Shown here piece after piece: positions 39,017-55,345 of a stretch of DNA of 64,000 nt (position 1 is its first letter; each line of letters begins with the position of its first letter). Origin of the DNA: Eledone cirrhosa (taxonomy: Eukaryota). The translations under genes and the position numbers were made by a program. A model generated the notes under the pieces. That model did no database searches. It saw only the letters and a list, made by a program, of their open reading frames with translations, and was not told where the DNA came from. The stretch is taken from NCBI GenBank assembly GCA_964016885.1, contig OZ024749.1:41540001-41604000 (forward strand), in the 5' to 3' direction.

Positions 39017-39961
39017 TGTTGAAGTCTGTATACATTTTTTGGGGACATCCTGTATATATATATAACCCATGCTAGCGTGACAGATGGACGTTAAACAAAG
39101 ATGATGGTGATGATGATGATATATAAGGACAGTGCCCCAGCATGGCCTCAGCCAGATGGTTGGAACAGGTAAAAGAGGGTAAAAGAATATATATATATAT
39201 ACACGTTGCCCTCAAAAATGTATACACACTGGTTACCTGTACAGGTAATTTATTAAAATGCTGTTGAAGTGTGCATACATTTATTGGAGACATCCTGTAT
39301 AAAGTAAGTGTAGACGTTAAATGATAATGATGATGATGATGATTGTTTTCTCATAAGCACCTACTTTCTTATCTTTAAAAGCCTTAAAAATAGATAAAGC
39401 AGCCATTATCCAGTTTTCAGTTAATGTAAGAATCATGATCAGTTGTGACATGGGATTAGGTATCCATGAGAGGAATAAGGCTGATGACTTCTTTGTTGTT
39501 GTCTCTATATTATGAAAGTAGTTTACTGCACTTTTAACCATCCCGCAACTGTATTTCTAATGAAATACTCTGTTTCATTTAATTAACCCTTTAGCATTTA
39601 CATTACTCTATATTTACTATTGTATTTTTGTGGTAAAGGCTTTACCGCACATAATTATCTCACATAATATCAAATCTATGAAATTTTGTATTATTTATTT
39701 TGAGAACAATACTTTAACATCAGTATGAGTAGCCAATTACGATCGATTTGAGTAGAAAGAGTTGAGAAAATTCTGGCCGGGTACTGCCGTTTAAATGCTA
39801 AAGGGATAATTAACCCCTAAAATTCCTGCAATGTTTTAGCAGAAAATACCTAAAACCATGTTTGTTAATTTAAATGTTTATAGTATCTTTACTACCAGAC
39901 AAATCATTGTGAAAATTTACAATATTAGACAAAAGAGTTTAATTTTTAATATGAGGCATAT

Positions 39962-40283
39962 GGAGGCATATGGCTTAGTGGTTAGAGCATTGGCCTTGCA
40001 ATCGAAAGGTTGTGAGTTCAATTCTCAGACCAGGTGATGTGTTGTTTCCTTAAGCAAGACACTTTATTTCACATTGCTCCAGTTTACTCAGCTGTAGAAA
40101 TAAGATGATAGGGACTGCAAAGTGGTCGTGGAGGTGCCACGGCAAAAAAGCACCCAGCACTCACTGTAAATGAGTTTGGTGTTAGGAAGGGCATCCAGCT
40201 GTAGAAATCAAGCCAGAATCAGTTCCCGTCCCACCCTTGCAAGCAGGGAAAAGCGGACGTAAAATGATGATGATGATGATGAT
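39962..40283 (+). mobile_element. Full-length tRNA-derived CORE-like SINE with RTE-type (ATG)n tail
   Basis: A-box-like TGGCTTAGTGG, B-box-like GTTCAATTC, CORE-like CCTT.AGCAAGACACTT...CAGCTGTAGAAAT, tail GGACGTAAAATGATGATG. Other copies at about 5323-5590(+), 5864-6120(-), 28409-28750(-), 38476-38825(-), 36960-37215(+, tail only). Confidence 0.85.
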
Positions 40284-40983
40284 GCAGTAACAGTAATGTA
40301 TTGTTGTTTCATGTAGTATAGGTTGATCAGTGTTAAAGATTTTTGTGTGTGAACTTTGAGAGAGGGGAAGAGAGAAAGAGAGAGAGAAAGAGAAAGAGAA
40401 AGACAGTGAGGGAAAGAGACAGTGAGAGACAGGTAGAGAATGACAGTGAGAGCAAGAGAGAGAGTCAGTGAGAGAGATATGGAGAGACAACGAGAGGGAT
40501 ATAGAAAGAGTCAGTGAGAGAGAGAGAGAGAGATACAGAGGGAGTCAGTAAGAGAGAGATATGGAGAGAAACAATGACAGATCAATATGGAGAGAGTGAG
40601 TGAGAGGAAGAGGAAGATACTGCCGTCTCCTGGTTACAGCTTCTCAAGGATTAAAATATCATCGAGTGATATGTTTTGCCGTGTCATTTTATTTACAAGT
40701 TTTCCTCACTCGACTCCAGATATCGTTTGATCAAGACTACCCCTATATATATATACACATAATGTATATAAATATATATATACACATATTATTCAGTTGA
40801 TGAAAGTTGGTTGATCAAAAATCTGCCGACTTTTTCGTAAACAGATGTGAAGCACTCTACGGCTTGTATTCCTTAGGATTTTCTCCGTAAGGTATCGCCC
40901 ACAGTTTTAGTATAATAAATAAGAGAGATGTATGAATAAAACCATCTCTCTTATTTATTATTATTATTATATATATATATATA

Positions 40984-41410
40984 TTTCTTTATTAGCCACA
41001 AGGGCGCACAAGAAAAGGGGACAAAACAAAGACATGCCGGGGATTTTACATACAATTGTGTAAAAAATATAAAACAAACAATTATAACAATCAAAATCCG
41101 CAATAGGGGGGGGGGAGGCACCACAAATGGGTTGTTTAATATCCCATCGACAGAACAACCCTCAACTTCGGGAGCGTGTTGTGCAAGTGCTCCTTTCTTC
41201 CTTTTGCTCTCTTCTTCAACCTACAGGTTTATATACAGAGAAGGCCCAATCACTCGGGCCATTTTTGCCACATTCACCCACCTTTCAGTAAATTTACTGG
41301 GGTGCAGTGCCTCTCTCTCTCCACTCTGATTCTCCTTCTAAAGTGGTATCTAAAGAAGGGAATGAGTTGTTGTCCGGAGAGAAAGGCATCTGTCTTCACT
41401 CCTCTTCATC
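40984..41410 (-). mobile_element. Probable L1/Tx1-like LINE 3' end
   Basis: Degraded coding-like stretch (FFRYHFRRRIRVER...F.ERW) ending GCCCTTGTGGCTAATAAAGAAAT. The same terminus recurs at about 17555, 23825 and 33770. Confidence 0.5.
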
Positions 41411-42147
41411 CATATATATATATATATACATTTCGTTTCTGAATTTGTTTAGCAAGATTCTTTATCTGAAATCGTGTGTTGAAACCGATATTGTTATACT
41501 TTGGGAGGGTCATGTTGCCAATAGTTTAAAATGTTTTGGTTGAGTATCAAACATATATTTCCCAGATGACTGGCTTGAGGTCTATATTGATGTAATAGAC
41601 CAGGCCCCAGTATCAATCTGTTTGTCAGATGTTTGATTCAATACATACACACAGACACACACATATATATATATATATATATATCAATCCTTTGAAACGA
41701 TTGTAAAACAATGAACTAATAAAGAATCTATATTCAACTTTTGTCTTATTTTCATTGTTCAATACACACACACACACACACACACATGTATATATATAAA
41801 TGGCTCTGTAGCTTGAGTAGAATCTTTGGGGGGAACATTATGCAATGAGAGCCTACAACAAAAATTATAGCACTCATTGTTCAATCTCATTGAAAACATC
41901 TCTTCAAGGCTGCATTGAGTTCTAACAACACTATCGGGCCCACCATAAACAGGTAGATACCAGTATATATATATATAATACAAAGTTCATTCAGTTTTGC
42001 ATCCCTTTATCTGCATTTTACATTCCTTTGTTTCTATCATTAGTATCTATTTTCAGCAGATTGTAGGGTGAGCTGGTGTAAAGACTAGCTTCATTGACCT
42101 TTTAAGGTGATAATATTTACAACACAGGTGCAGTAAATATACACTTG

Positions 42148-42178
<31 letters not shown>

Positions 42179-45100
42179 GGTCCCAGGTTCAATTAGGGAT
42201 AACTACAATAAGGTACTCAATACATTATGATTTCCTTTGAATGAAACACTTCTAGTCCTATAGAAGCCATTTCTATATTAATTTTGATATATATATATAT
42301 CCTATATATTATTCAATATACAATACATATATGTGTAAAATGCTGTGTTGGAGCACCTATAATCATTTTTTTAATCTAAGCCTTGCTGGCTACCATTCTG
42401 TATGCAAATAAGCTTCATCAGCTCATATACATAAGCAAAACATATATATATATATATACACAAACATATATATACATACATATAATATCAAGTTATATGT
42501 ACAAATCCTACATTTCTCCTTTTGTACCTCAGGAATCATAATAATAATAATGGTTTGATTTAGGCACAAAGCCAACAATTTTTTTTTGGGGGGGGGGGAG
42601 GGGAAAGTCGAATAAATCGACTCCAGTGTGTTACTGGTACTTTCTTTTATCAACCCTGTCAGGATGAAAGGTGAAGCTAACCTCAGGGGGGATTTGAACT
42701 CACAGTGTGAAGGGCCATAACTATGTGCTGCCACAAAGCATAATGCCCGACACTCTACCGATACAGCCATAATGAAAATAATAGAGTAGAGCCCCACCAC
42801 ATTCCATTTCTTTTGAAAAAGAGTTCCTAACCTCAAAATATCATGAATTATATGGTAAAAATGTAAACTGTTGTTTCTGTGTATTTTATTCTTCTCTTGT
42901 TTTTACTCTTGCATTCTAACTTGCCTTGTACTGGCTTTCCCTAAAACACTGCTTATAATAATTGTCTACTTTTGGCACAAGGCCAGCAATATAATCTGGT
43001 GTGTATATATATATATATGTGGTGTGTATGTCAGGTCCCCAGTTGGTGCTACTGGTAACATGTATCCCAGTACAACCTGTCTCATGGTCGGGTCGTTGGC
43101 GACTAAACTGGCAACCCCACCAAGGTTGCTTGGTGAGGAGGGTGACTTTGGACATCCTGCAGGACTAAAAACAAAACCTGTCAAAGGGCAAAGGAGCTCT
43201 TAAGAGTCAATGGCCATCCAAAATCACCGGGAGAGATGACCCCTTAGCCTTTGTCAAGGCAGAATTCTAGGAGAAGGAAAACTCTGATATAACACCTGCA
43301 ACTCTGATGGTATCCAATGATGTTGACTTGTTCTTCTTTTTGGTAAATATCATCTTGGTTAAGAGAGTGGGACTGGATTTGTGCAGTGCCTTTGCTCACT
43401 ATAAAAGCTTCACGGCACAGGCATTGCTTTATATCTGGAGATCTCTATGCACTTGTCGTGACATGGTACCATGGGCCCAGCACTATGTGTCAATAATTGT
43501 CACAAGTGTAGTGTTTGTACCCAAGTTTTCAAGTCGCTGGCTGGACTGAAAAGTCACACTCGTTTAGCGCATCAGTAGGGGTTCTCCTACATGGATATAA
43601 AGTAGTGGCCGTACTCGAAAACGAGTTGGCAGCCACCATGTGGTGTGTATATATAATTGTGTCTACTTTTGGCTCAAGGCCAGCAATATGTGATGTGTGT
43701 GATATATATGATGTGTGTGTATATATGATATATATAATATAATGTGGTATGTATATATATATATATATATATAATTGTTTCTACTTTTGGCACAAGGCCA
43801 GCAATTACTCCAGTGTATTACTGGTACTTTATTTTATCGACCCTGCAAGGATGAAAGGCAAAGTTAACCTCGGCGGGATTTGAACTCGGACCGTAAAGGG
43901 CCATAACTCTATGCTGCAAAGCATGGTGTCCGACCCTCTACCAATACTGCCAATCAACCACTTATAATAATACCAACAATAATAATGGTAAACAAAAGAA
44001 AAAAAATGAATGAACTACTTTTACAAAACAACAAGAATTTTATTCGTATAGACCAGAAAGATATATACATACATGTATATACCATATATATATATAGCAT
44101 ATATATGTATGAAGGTAAGATCACATTTTATACACCTGAGGAAAAAAGTATCAAACAAATTTTACAATCAATTCATTATTTTTTGTGTTGTATTATTTGT
44201 GTTATTTAATTGTTCGTTATTTTTCATTATATTTTATATCCTTCAATCATTTTTAAATATAATTTTTTTTTTGTGTAAAATTTTTTTAAATTTTCATATA
44301 TTTATTTATTTATGTTTGTTGTTGTTATTGTTGATGAATCATTTTTCCATTTCCAAATATGGTAATGATTCTCATCCCCCACAAAAAAAAAAAAGAATGG
44401 GAATAAATGTTTTGGTGTTTGAATTTTGAACAAAAAAAAAAGAAAAAAAAAAACAAAAGGAATATAGGAATATAGGAATAGAGGTACATTTGGTGTTTGG
44501 ATTCTGAATAAAAAAAAAAACAAACAAAAAAACAAAAGGAATATAGGAATAAAGGTTTGTCTGGTGTTTGCATTCTGTAAAAAAAAAGATCCCCAAAATA
44601 AAGTGTTCCATTGTCCAGTTTTTTGCATTGTTGATTCTTGCGTTTTTTTTTGTTTGATTTGTTTTGTTTGTTGTAATATTTTTTTCAAAATTAATTAATT
44701 ATTTAATTAATTTAAAAAAAAAAAATCAATATACAATTTTGTTTTATACCATCCATGTAGAAAGAAGTACGTTTTGGCTGTTTTTTTTTTAATTTAAATT
44801 TTTTTTCTTAGGCGGGAAAATTTCAGAAAAAAGATGTAAAAAGAAAAATTTATTTTTATATAAAAAAAATAAATTAAAAAGGAAAGAGAGGGAGCAGAGT
44901 GAGTGAGAGAGAAAGAAATACAAATATTTTCAATGCATTATTTTTATTATTATTATTATCATTGTTTGTTGTTTTTCTTTTAAAAAATATCTTTGAGGAG
45001 ATGGAAAAAAATGTCTTTTTTTCAATTTAAATAGTAAAAAATAAAAAAATAATGATGATAATAGTAATAATAATAATAATGGTTTCTGATTTAGGCACAA

Positions 45101-46025
45101 GGCCAACAATTTTTTTAGGGGGGGTAAGGGAAAGTCGATTATATCGAACCCCCCCCCCCTCGTGAGTTACTGGTACTTTATTTTATCGATCCCGTAAGGA
45201 TGAAAGGCAAAGCCAACCTCTCAACAGGATTTGAACTCGGCAGGTAAAGGGACGTAACTAAATAATGCAAAGCACTTTGCACGAACCTTTAACGATTCTG
45301 CAAATCCAACATTCTAATAATAAAAATAAAAATAATAATAATAATATTCAATGAAAAAGACCCATGGCAACAGTAACCACCTCACTCCACCCCCAACCTA
45401 GCCAAGCCTCACACTGACCTGAAAATTTCCGAGAATGAAAATTTAGGACTGAGCACAGGACCATGGGGCTGAGGGCATGGTGGGGTTGGAGAGGGAGGGG
45501 GCACTATGACAGAAAGGCAACCAGGAAAAAGAGGGAAAGTCAGCAGTTTCCAGCCTGAATTTGGGGGTTATGGAAAAATGGGGTAAAAGTGGGTGGTGGA
45601 TTTGCAAGTAAAAACTGGTACCAAGGATATATGTGTGTGTGTATATAAACATATATATATATATATACATACATATGTAAACATATAAGTATAAATAAAT
45701 ATATATATATTTATATATAAATACATACATACATACATACATACATACATACACACACATGTAAACATATAAGTATAAATAAATATATATATTTATATAT
45801 AAATATATATATACATACATACATACATATTAATACATACGCATTTATACAGACACACACACACATATATATATATATGATAACCAGAAATCGAGAGTTG
45901 TGGTCTCGTGTAAGAAAATAAGACAATATACATATATTTACTTGAATATGTGTCTTGGGTTTTGGTTTCCAAATATACAATTTGTGTAATGAATTGTATA
46001 AGTATATATATGTGTGTGCATGTGA

Positions 46026-46060
<35 letters not shown>

Positions 46061-46067
46061 CATGTGA

Positions 46068-46114
<47 letters not shown>

Positions 46115-46337
46115 GTATTATGTTGAGCCTACTGTTTACAGTAACATAGATGGGAATTTTTGGACTATATGTTATACCTTGTAGAAATATATATACACAC
46201 ACACACACATACATACATATATATTTTTTCTTCTTTGGACTGGTATGTTAATGATATTGGTTTAATTAAAGCATTGCGTGAGTGGGAAAACAATCAAAGA
46301 TTTTTCGGTCCTATCCAATGACTTTGTTCAGTATTAT

Positions 46338-46437
46338 CATATATATATATTTATATATATATACATACATATATATATACATACATATATACATATATAT
46401 ATATACATACATATATATATACATACATATATACATA

Positions 46438-46477
<40 letters not shown>

Positions 46478-46539
46478 CATATATATATATATACATATAT
46501 ATATATACATATATATATATACATATATATATATACATA

Positions 46540-46622
<83 letters not shown>

Positions 46623-46624
46623 AC

Positions 46625-46663
<39 letters not shown>

Positions 46664-46690
46664 CATATATACATACATATATATATATAC

Positions 46691-46743
<53 letters not shown>

Positions 46744-46793
46744 CATACATATATATATACATACATATATATATACATATATATACATACATA

Positions 46794-46859
<66 letters not shown>

Positions 46860-46867
46860 CATACAAG

Positions 46868-46904
<37 letters not shown>

Positions 46905-46963
46905 ACATACATATATATATATACATACATATATATATATACATACATATATATATACATACA

Positions 46964-47015
<52 letters not shown>

Positions 47016-47036
47016 CATATACATACATATATATAC

Positions 47037-47080
<44 letters not shown>

Positions 47081-47089
47081 GCACATATG

Positions 47090-47122
<33 letters not shown>
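46338..47122. repeat. Long (TA)n/(TACA)n compound microsatellite
   Basis: Direct inspection. Confidence 0.95.
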
Positions 47123-47123
<1 letters not shown>

Positions 47124-47248
47124 TAACAGTGTAAAAAATTAAGGGGTTGAGGAACTACACACTTCACTAGAGAGGAAGGTGGTGGGGGTGGGGGAGAGAA
47201 ATCCTAAGAGAATTTAAAAAAAGGTCAGTGTATTTGTGAGTACATGTA

Positions 47249-47302
<54 letters not shown>

Positions 47303-47650
47303 TACACATGTAGAGAGGGAGGGACAGAGGTTAACATACAAGAGACTACAAACCAAAGACAAAATTTGATTCTTGTTGTTAAGGAAGAAGGCATCTGCTG
47401 TGTTTGTTGAGTACCAAAGACTTAGATTTAGTAAAGGCAGAGAGGAAGTTGGAGAGGGTCTATATGTTTGTGTTGTGGTGGTGGTGCTGAGAGAGACAGG
47501 GAGGGGGAGAAAGAGGTGGGTGAGGAACAGGGACAGAAAAAATAAACAATAACAGACACACACACACATATATGTATATATACACACACACACACACACA
47601 CTTCTTTGCCCACTCATTCCTGAGAGGGCTCTATCCTCAAACAGTTAGAA

Positions 47651-47681
<31 letters not shown>

Positions 47682-48199
47682 CATACATAAATATATACAC
47701 ATGCACATACATACATATTAATAGATATATATACACACATATATGTATGTATGTATGTATACAAGCTGAGGAGCTAGAGCAAATAAAAATATAAATACTC
47801 TATATACTGAGTGCTATTTCTACAGTAGGAAAACCAAACCTGATGTGTGTGTGTGTATATATATATATATATCATACACACAGTATTACATCATGCGCTA
47901 CCAATGGTTTCACAATCCATTAGCAAGCTGACATAATCAGAAAGCTCTTTGCTCTGGTTGTTCCTTGAGCCTTATGTGTTTACAATGGCTACCATTGATA
48001 TATATATATATGAAAAATTCAGGACCCCCGACAGTTGAGCACCGTCTATTCTGTTAAAACTCTGGTGAGTAATAGTTTTTACCGCCTCCATTCTGATATA
48101 TATATATATGCAATGTGTGTGTGTGTATCATAAAAATTTAGTAAAGAAATAGTTGCAGTGTAATATCAAACAGTGAGGTATATTCCATTGAATGGATGT

Positions 48200-48265
<66 letters not shown>

Positions 48266-48804
48266 CCAGCAGCTGTTGAAGAAGATATGAATGAAAAAAA
48301 ACCCCCAAAACAAGACAAAAAGATAAAGAAGAAAGGCTGGAGTAAGTTTCAAAGGCACTATACAAAGAAAAAGGTACATACATACATATATATATATGTA
48401 TGTATGTACATATACATACACAAACATATATATATATATATACAGACATATACACACACACGTGTATATATATATATATATAGTTAGCCCTAGCTGGGCC
48501 ATGCGCTATATAGAAAACAATGACGATTGCATGCAAGAATTAATTTGTTATATATATGTTTATTTTTAATTAAATTTGTTAATCATGACACCGGGCAGCA
48601 GGAAACCATTGTAAGTTTTTCATACACCTTAATATATATATAAATACACACACATCATATATATATATATATACATACACACACACACACACATATATAT
48701 ATATACGTATACACATATATACATACACACACATACATATAGATATACATACACATACATATGTGTGTGTGTGTATGTATATTTATACATTATACATTAT
48801 ACAT

Positions 48805-48835
<31 letters not shown>

Positions 48836-51088
48836 CAGCAAGAAATAGAAAAAAATAAAATGATGATTTTGATGATGATGGTTTAACATATAGGCACAAT
48901 GTCCCACACTTTTTTGTCTGTCTGTCACTCGAACAACTGCCACTCCATGTCCCTTTTCAATAATAATAATATTAATTGTTTTTACTATTGGCTCAAGGCC
49001 AGCAATTATCCAGTACATTACTGGTACTTTATTTTATCAACCCTGTAAGAATGAAAGGCAAAGTTAACCTCGGCGGGATTTGAACTCAGAATGGCAAGGG
49101 CTGTAACTCTATGCATCAAAGCATGGCGTCCAACCCTCTACCGATTCTGCCAAATAATAATAATAATGATTTCTATTTCAGGCACAAGGCCAACATTCTT
49201 TTTGTGGGTGGTGGGTGGACCTAAAAATAGATTAAATCAACTCCAATATTTCAGTGGTACTTTATTTTATTAACCCCCTATCCCAGAAGAAGAATGAAAG
49301 GGAGGAAAAAGTTGGTAGAAATGCCACAAAGTATTTTGCTTGCCACTTCATACTTCTTTCTAAGGTAGGCACAAGGCTAGATATTTGGATAGGGGCTGTG
49401 GAACAGTTGATTATATCTACCATAGTATTTGAATCATACTTTATTTTCTTGATCCTTGAAGAATGAGGAATAAAAGGCAAAGTTAAACTCAAAATCTTAC
49501 CCTTCTGTTATATTCAAAACAATAGTTTCATAATGGAGAAATTAGCTATTTTTACTAAACTCCTCCAAACACTCGATTATTTTCCAATCAAAACTAATCA
49601 AAACATATGGACAGTGTATTTCATAAGAAATAGTTACAAAAGGGTTAATAAGTTGATTGAATTAACCCTAAATCCCAACCTCATCTCACCTCCTTTCACC
49701 AATAATTCACTGACTTTAATCTATTTCTGATATCTAAGGAAGCTGAAACTCTGACCCCACCCCCCAAACACCCCAGAAAGGTCCTTAGTGGTATCTGAAC
49801 TAATTCAGAATATAAAATTAGATTAACTACAAGAAATTTGGCCAAACGCACTAACGGATTCTGTCATCGACTCCACAGAACCCACTGTAATAATAATAAT
49901 TAAAAGAAAACAGGATGCAGTGGCATTCATGCCTCTCTCTTACTATGAATGATGGTGGTGATGGTCAAGGCGATTATATTTAAGCCCTTTATTTTTGACT
50001 GATGAAAAAGCCAAAAAATAAAAAAAGAAAGAAAACAAATATAGATTTGCAAGATGGTGGTTATGTGGATATAAACACACACACTCACACAGATATATAT
50101 ATATATATATAAACACACACACACTTAAATACCTCCGATAGCTACACACACACAAATATAAATACTTGTTGATTTCCAATTGTAAAGAAGATAATATTTT
50201 ACAAGAAATGATTCAGTTGGAAAAATTCTTCAAAATATGTTTGTGTTTTGTTTTTATAAACTCCAAAAAATGAAGCACATTCTTTATATTTCCCCATCTC
50301 ATGTAGCCAATTAAAAACAAAAGTCTAATACTTTCAAAACCCTGGTCCCCAAATCACCACCTACCTTCCATTCTAACAAAACCTCGTTCAACCAACCTTT
50401 TCATCAACACTTGCTCTCAGCTGCACCAATCTTTCCCCTCAATACCTGTTCTACCCCAAACTTACCCTAATTTCTCCTCAACTCACCCAATCTTCCCCTC
50501 AACTCACCCAATCTCCCCCACAATTCACTCTATCTTTGCCTCAACACCTGGTCTACCCTCGACTCATATGATTTTCTCCTCAACACCTTGTCTACCTCAA
50601 CTCACCCAATCTTCCCATCCATTCATCCAATCTTCCCCTCAATTTACTTTATGTTTCCATCAAAAACTTTCTAAGACATGATGCTACTACAATTTGTTAA
50701 GAAATTCTAGGCTAGTTGCTATTTAAAAACATTCATTCTTAAAGATAAGAAACCCACTGAATATATTAAATTTCAACTAACTATAACCACACCTCGGATA
50801 ACCTTCATTGGCTATGGGTCCGCTATATATACATTAAATTGACAACTAATTTAGAACCAACCTACAGCTAATCTTTATCTATATATTATATATGTAAGTG
50901 TATATGTAGGTATGTGTGTGTGTGTATATATATATATGCATATAGGGTGTGGTAAAAAATCAGATGGACCATAACCCACCAGAGTACTCGATACTTGGGG
51001 TAGTAGAGTGGGTAATTTGAAAAGATTCAGGACCTCGATGCCTGAGGCCTGGCCGTTTTGACAGTGAGATCCACACGGGAATCTTTTC

Positions 51089-51121
<33 letters not shown>

Positions 51122-54100
51122 TATATACTTCCCCCTACACCTCACCTACACAGATTTGATTATGAAATAAAATTACAACTTTTCCAAATTCACACAAAGA
51201 AATGTATCAATGACATTGTGTAAAGGTTGATAATGATGATGATGATGGTAGACTGGTGTGGTAGTGGCAGAGGTTGTGGTGAAGGTTGCATATTGGAGAT
51301 GGTGGTAGTGGTGAAGGAGGTAGAGTTGTGGTGAGATACAAAGGTGACTTAAGTAGTGGTAGTAGTGGTGGTGAAGTGGTGTGCTAGTAATAGTGGACTG
51401 GTTTGGTGATAGTACTAAGCTGGTATAAGTGATGGTGGTGGTGATGGTACAAAGGTGATATAAAGTGTTAGTGGCAATGGTTCAAAGCCAGTATATGTCG
51501 TGGTGGTGGTGGTGGTGGTGGTGACAGTACAAAGGTAATATAAGTGTTGGTGGTGATGGCATATCACTGGTACTTTTAGAAAATATTACAATGTGAAAAA
51601 AGATTTTGATATAAAAGGAAGCGATATGCTTATTTGTTTAAAAATACACAATAATTGAACATAATCGTGAAACTATATTTCAGAACTACATGGAAGCAAA
51701 AAAAAACAACATCCAACATACATTGTTAAGCTCAACTAGATTGTGAATCATCCAACACACTTTTTGGGCCCAGTCTGACTGTGAACCACTCAACAGATCT
51801 TATTGTTGAGCCACATTTCACTGTGAACCATTCAACAGATATTGTTGATCCCAAACCTGGCTGAATTGTTCAACAAATGTTTTAATCCCAAACCTGGCTG
51901 AATTGTTCAACAAATGTTTTGATCCCAAACCTGGCTGAATTGTTCAACAAATGTTTTGATCCCAAACCTGGCTGTGAAATGTTTTGATCCCAACCTGACT
52001 CAAACTTACAAAAGATCATGCTTAGCCACACTTCACTGTAAATCATTCAACTGTTGTCTGTAACCTGACTGAACTAATAAACAGATGTTGTTATTGAGCC
52101 AAACCTAACTGTGAATCATTGAACATATGTTGTTGAACTCAAAGTGACTGTGAGCAGTTTATAACACTTTTTTTAGTCCATTCTTGAAATGTGAACCTCG
52201 ATAAGAACAAATAATAAAGTTAGTTATTAAATTAAAGACATATATATATATATATATTAAAAAAAAGCTTTCAAGAGGTTCTCAAGTGGCTCATCTGGAG
52301 AGCTTGAGGGATTTCTGCCCCAACACAGTCCATTTAGCAGGGGCTTCTGAGAAAGCTCCCCTCAAAATTTAAGTGACCCAAGAGGTTTCTTTTGAATTTG
52401 GGACTCAGATATTTCATGTTTCTCTGGGCTCTGGACTGGATTGATGTACAAGCTGAACCTACCCTCTCTCATAGGCCCTACCTTTTTGGAGGGAAATAAT
52501 CATGCAAGGAAAGACCCCTTCATTCTTCCAGATTGTGTTTGCTGCTATTTTTTCCTTCTATTTGGAGCACAACTTATGATCTTTAAAAAAGGACACGGAC
52601 ATACAACCAAAAAGCTGTTGGCAACACAGTAAAGCAGATTGCCTCAAATATAGTATGTACAATTTACCAAAGATAAGCTGTTCAATATATACATACACAC
52701 ACACATTTGTGTGTGTGTGTAGCATAATAATCAACAAGGGGTCAGAGCTCTATAATCAGCAGAAGAGCTATAAAGATATATATATATATATAACTGTTTA
52801 TACTTTTGGCACAAGGCCAGCAATTTGAAGGGAAGGGGAAAGTCAGTTGAATTGACCCTAGTGTATTACTGGTACTTTATTTTATGGACTCCATACGGAT
52901 GAAAGGCAAAGCTAACCTTGATGGGATTTGAACTTAGAATGTGTTATATATACCACAAAGCATGTTGTCTGCCGCTCTACCAATACTGCTTATCCCCTGC
53001 CCTATATACATATATATATATATATATAACAATTTCTTTAGTTATATAGATACACACACACACACACATATATATACATATAATGCTATTACATAACACT
53101 ATATGCAAACACGATGAATACTAAACAGATTAAGAGATATATCATTATCTCATACAAATTAATCTGTTTAAGTAGGAAACTAGCTGATAACGAATACAAT
53201 ATTGTGTAATATTATTATTATGTAAATATATATCTATATATTACATACACACTTATCAAATCAGTTTTGCCATACAATAAGGTAGTGAACTGACCATACA
53301 TGCATTATATATAGTTTAAAAAAATTTTATTAACAATTCTGATGAGGTTTTTGTGAAGATTTGTTATTGTTTTTGTAACGCCTTTTGTATGAATTCAGAA
53401 CTCTGAGTTCAAATCCCACCTCTTGTCACTAGGGGAAAAAAAACACAAAAAAACTTGGTCATTTGAGGACTCAGCAGAAAAAGTGATAGGCTTGGTAAAA
53501 TATTTCAGTCGACCACTCATAAGGTCAGCAAAACTGCCAACTGGCAGGGGATATTTAGGTTCTACACACTCTATTCTTCTCCTCTATCTTCTTTCTTGTG
53601 TCAATTGCAACACATTTAACCCTTTCGCATTTAAACCAGCCGTATCCGTCCAGAATTCTCTCACCTCTTTCTGTTCAAACTGGCCATAACTGGCTATAAC
53701 AGGCCACTCATACTAACGTTAAGTTATTTGTATTCAAAATCTCATAGATTCAATATTAAGTTAGATAATTATGAGATAAAGCCTTTTCTGTGAAAATATA
53801 ATAGTAAATATAGAGTAATGTAAATGGTAAAGGGTTAATACACTATCACACACTTAATAAACTGTAACATACATAACCAACTATCACAAACATTTAATCA
53901 CCTGTCATATTACTCTTCTGTTTAGCTATTTCAGTCTATTTATTATTGAGCTATTATTGATCTATTAGAATATAAACAAAGAGACAGATTTACTGGGGAC
54001 ATTGCATTACATGGAACAATGAAACAGAAAGTTACCCTCTAATAATAATAATAATGGTTTCTGATTTAGGCACAAGGCCAGCAATCTTGGGGGAGGGGAA

Positions 54101-55345
54101 AGTCGATTAAATTGACCCCAGTGCATTACTAGTACTTTATATTATTGACCCCGTAAGGACGAAAAGCAAAGATAACCTCGGTGGGATTTGAACTCTAATA
54201 ATAATATGGTGATGACAACAACTACAACAACAACAAGCAACGTTGAGAAGCACATTCAGTGAAATGACAGTTCATGTACCCTGAGATATTTTGGGGTTGT
54301 GGGAGGTGGGTGTTGAGTAGGTGAGGGGTGGAAATTACAGAGTGGGTGTTGGTAGTTATGGGAAACTTGTATTTGACAACACACACTCATGCACGCACAC
54401 ACACACACACACTGACATAACAGAATAAATACTGCTACATTTAAAATTAACCCTTTTGATATCAAACAACCTAAAACCATCCCTGGTTCTACGATACAAA
54501 GTGTTTAAAAAACCTTCCATCATGATTTTATTTATAACCTTTATCACATTATGTACCATACACCAGCTTAATGCTGATGAGAAAGTTAGTTATATTACTA
54601 AATCCCTCCAAGTTCTTGATTATTTTCAAAATTAATTGAAAATTACTGGTAGTGTCTTTCATTAGAAATATGATTTGGAAGGGTTAATAACCCAATCAAT
54701 TTGAAATACAAATGTTTCAAGAATCTATAGTTATGTATGCTGTCAACAATAGTGTATTCCTTAACAAAGAAACACTCCATGGCTTAGTCCACCAAACTCT
54801 ATATAGGTACCATGAGGAGGTTCAGTCCAATCGCTGTAAGCAGTGTGGGCATTGGAAAAGTGATGACTGTTTCGATAACTTACAGCAGTGAGATATAAAC
54901 CAACAGATGATGACCTTACCCCAGGCAGGGCTTCCGACTGAAGCTTTGCAAGGCAGAACAAGACTGATGGGGTGGTAGAGCTTCTACACAAAACTCACAG
55001 AGGCAAAGAGGTTTTTCTTAGGATGGGGGCAATTACAGACCCTATCTTCTCTCTACTGTCCTCACACCATGTACTCATCCCTACTCAATTGAAATTCCTG
55101 ATATATCAGTAATTAATACACATGAAGTTTGTCATGGGGATAAGTTTCCTCAATTAATCCTTTGATGAAGGGATTTTATCCCGAAATATAGGGAACTAGT
55201 ATTAAACAACTCCAACATCTTTGTTATCATTATATTTTTAACATTTAATGTCTTGATTTGCAGCCTTCCAATAAAACACTTATTTTCTACACTTTACACA
55301 ATGCTGCAAGCAACCTACACACCCTCTCATACATATATATATATA

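Noticed and set aside
39962-40035. tRNA genes
   Set aside because: The tRNA-like sequences are SINE heads that continue into core and tail domains and lack a complete cloverleaf.
46278-47167. Long YI/HT-rich ORFs (also 15630-16628 and 37355-38314)
   Set aside because: (TA)n/(TACA)n artefacts.
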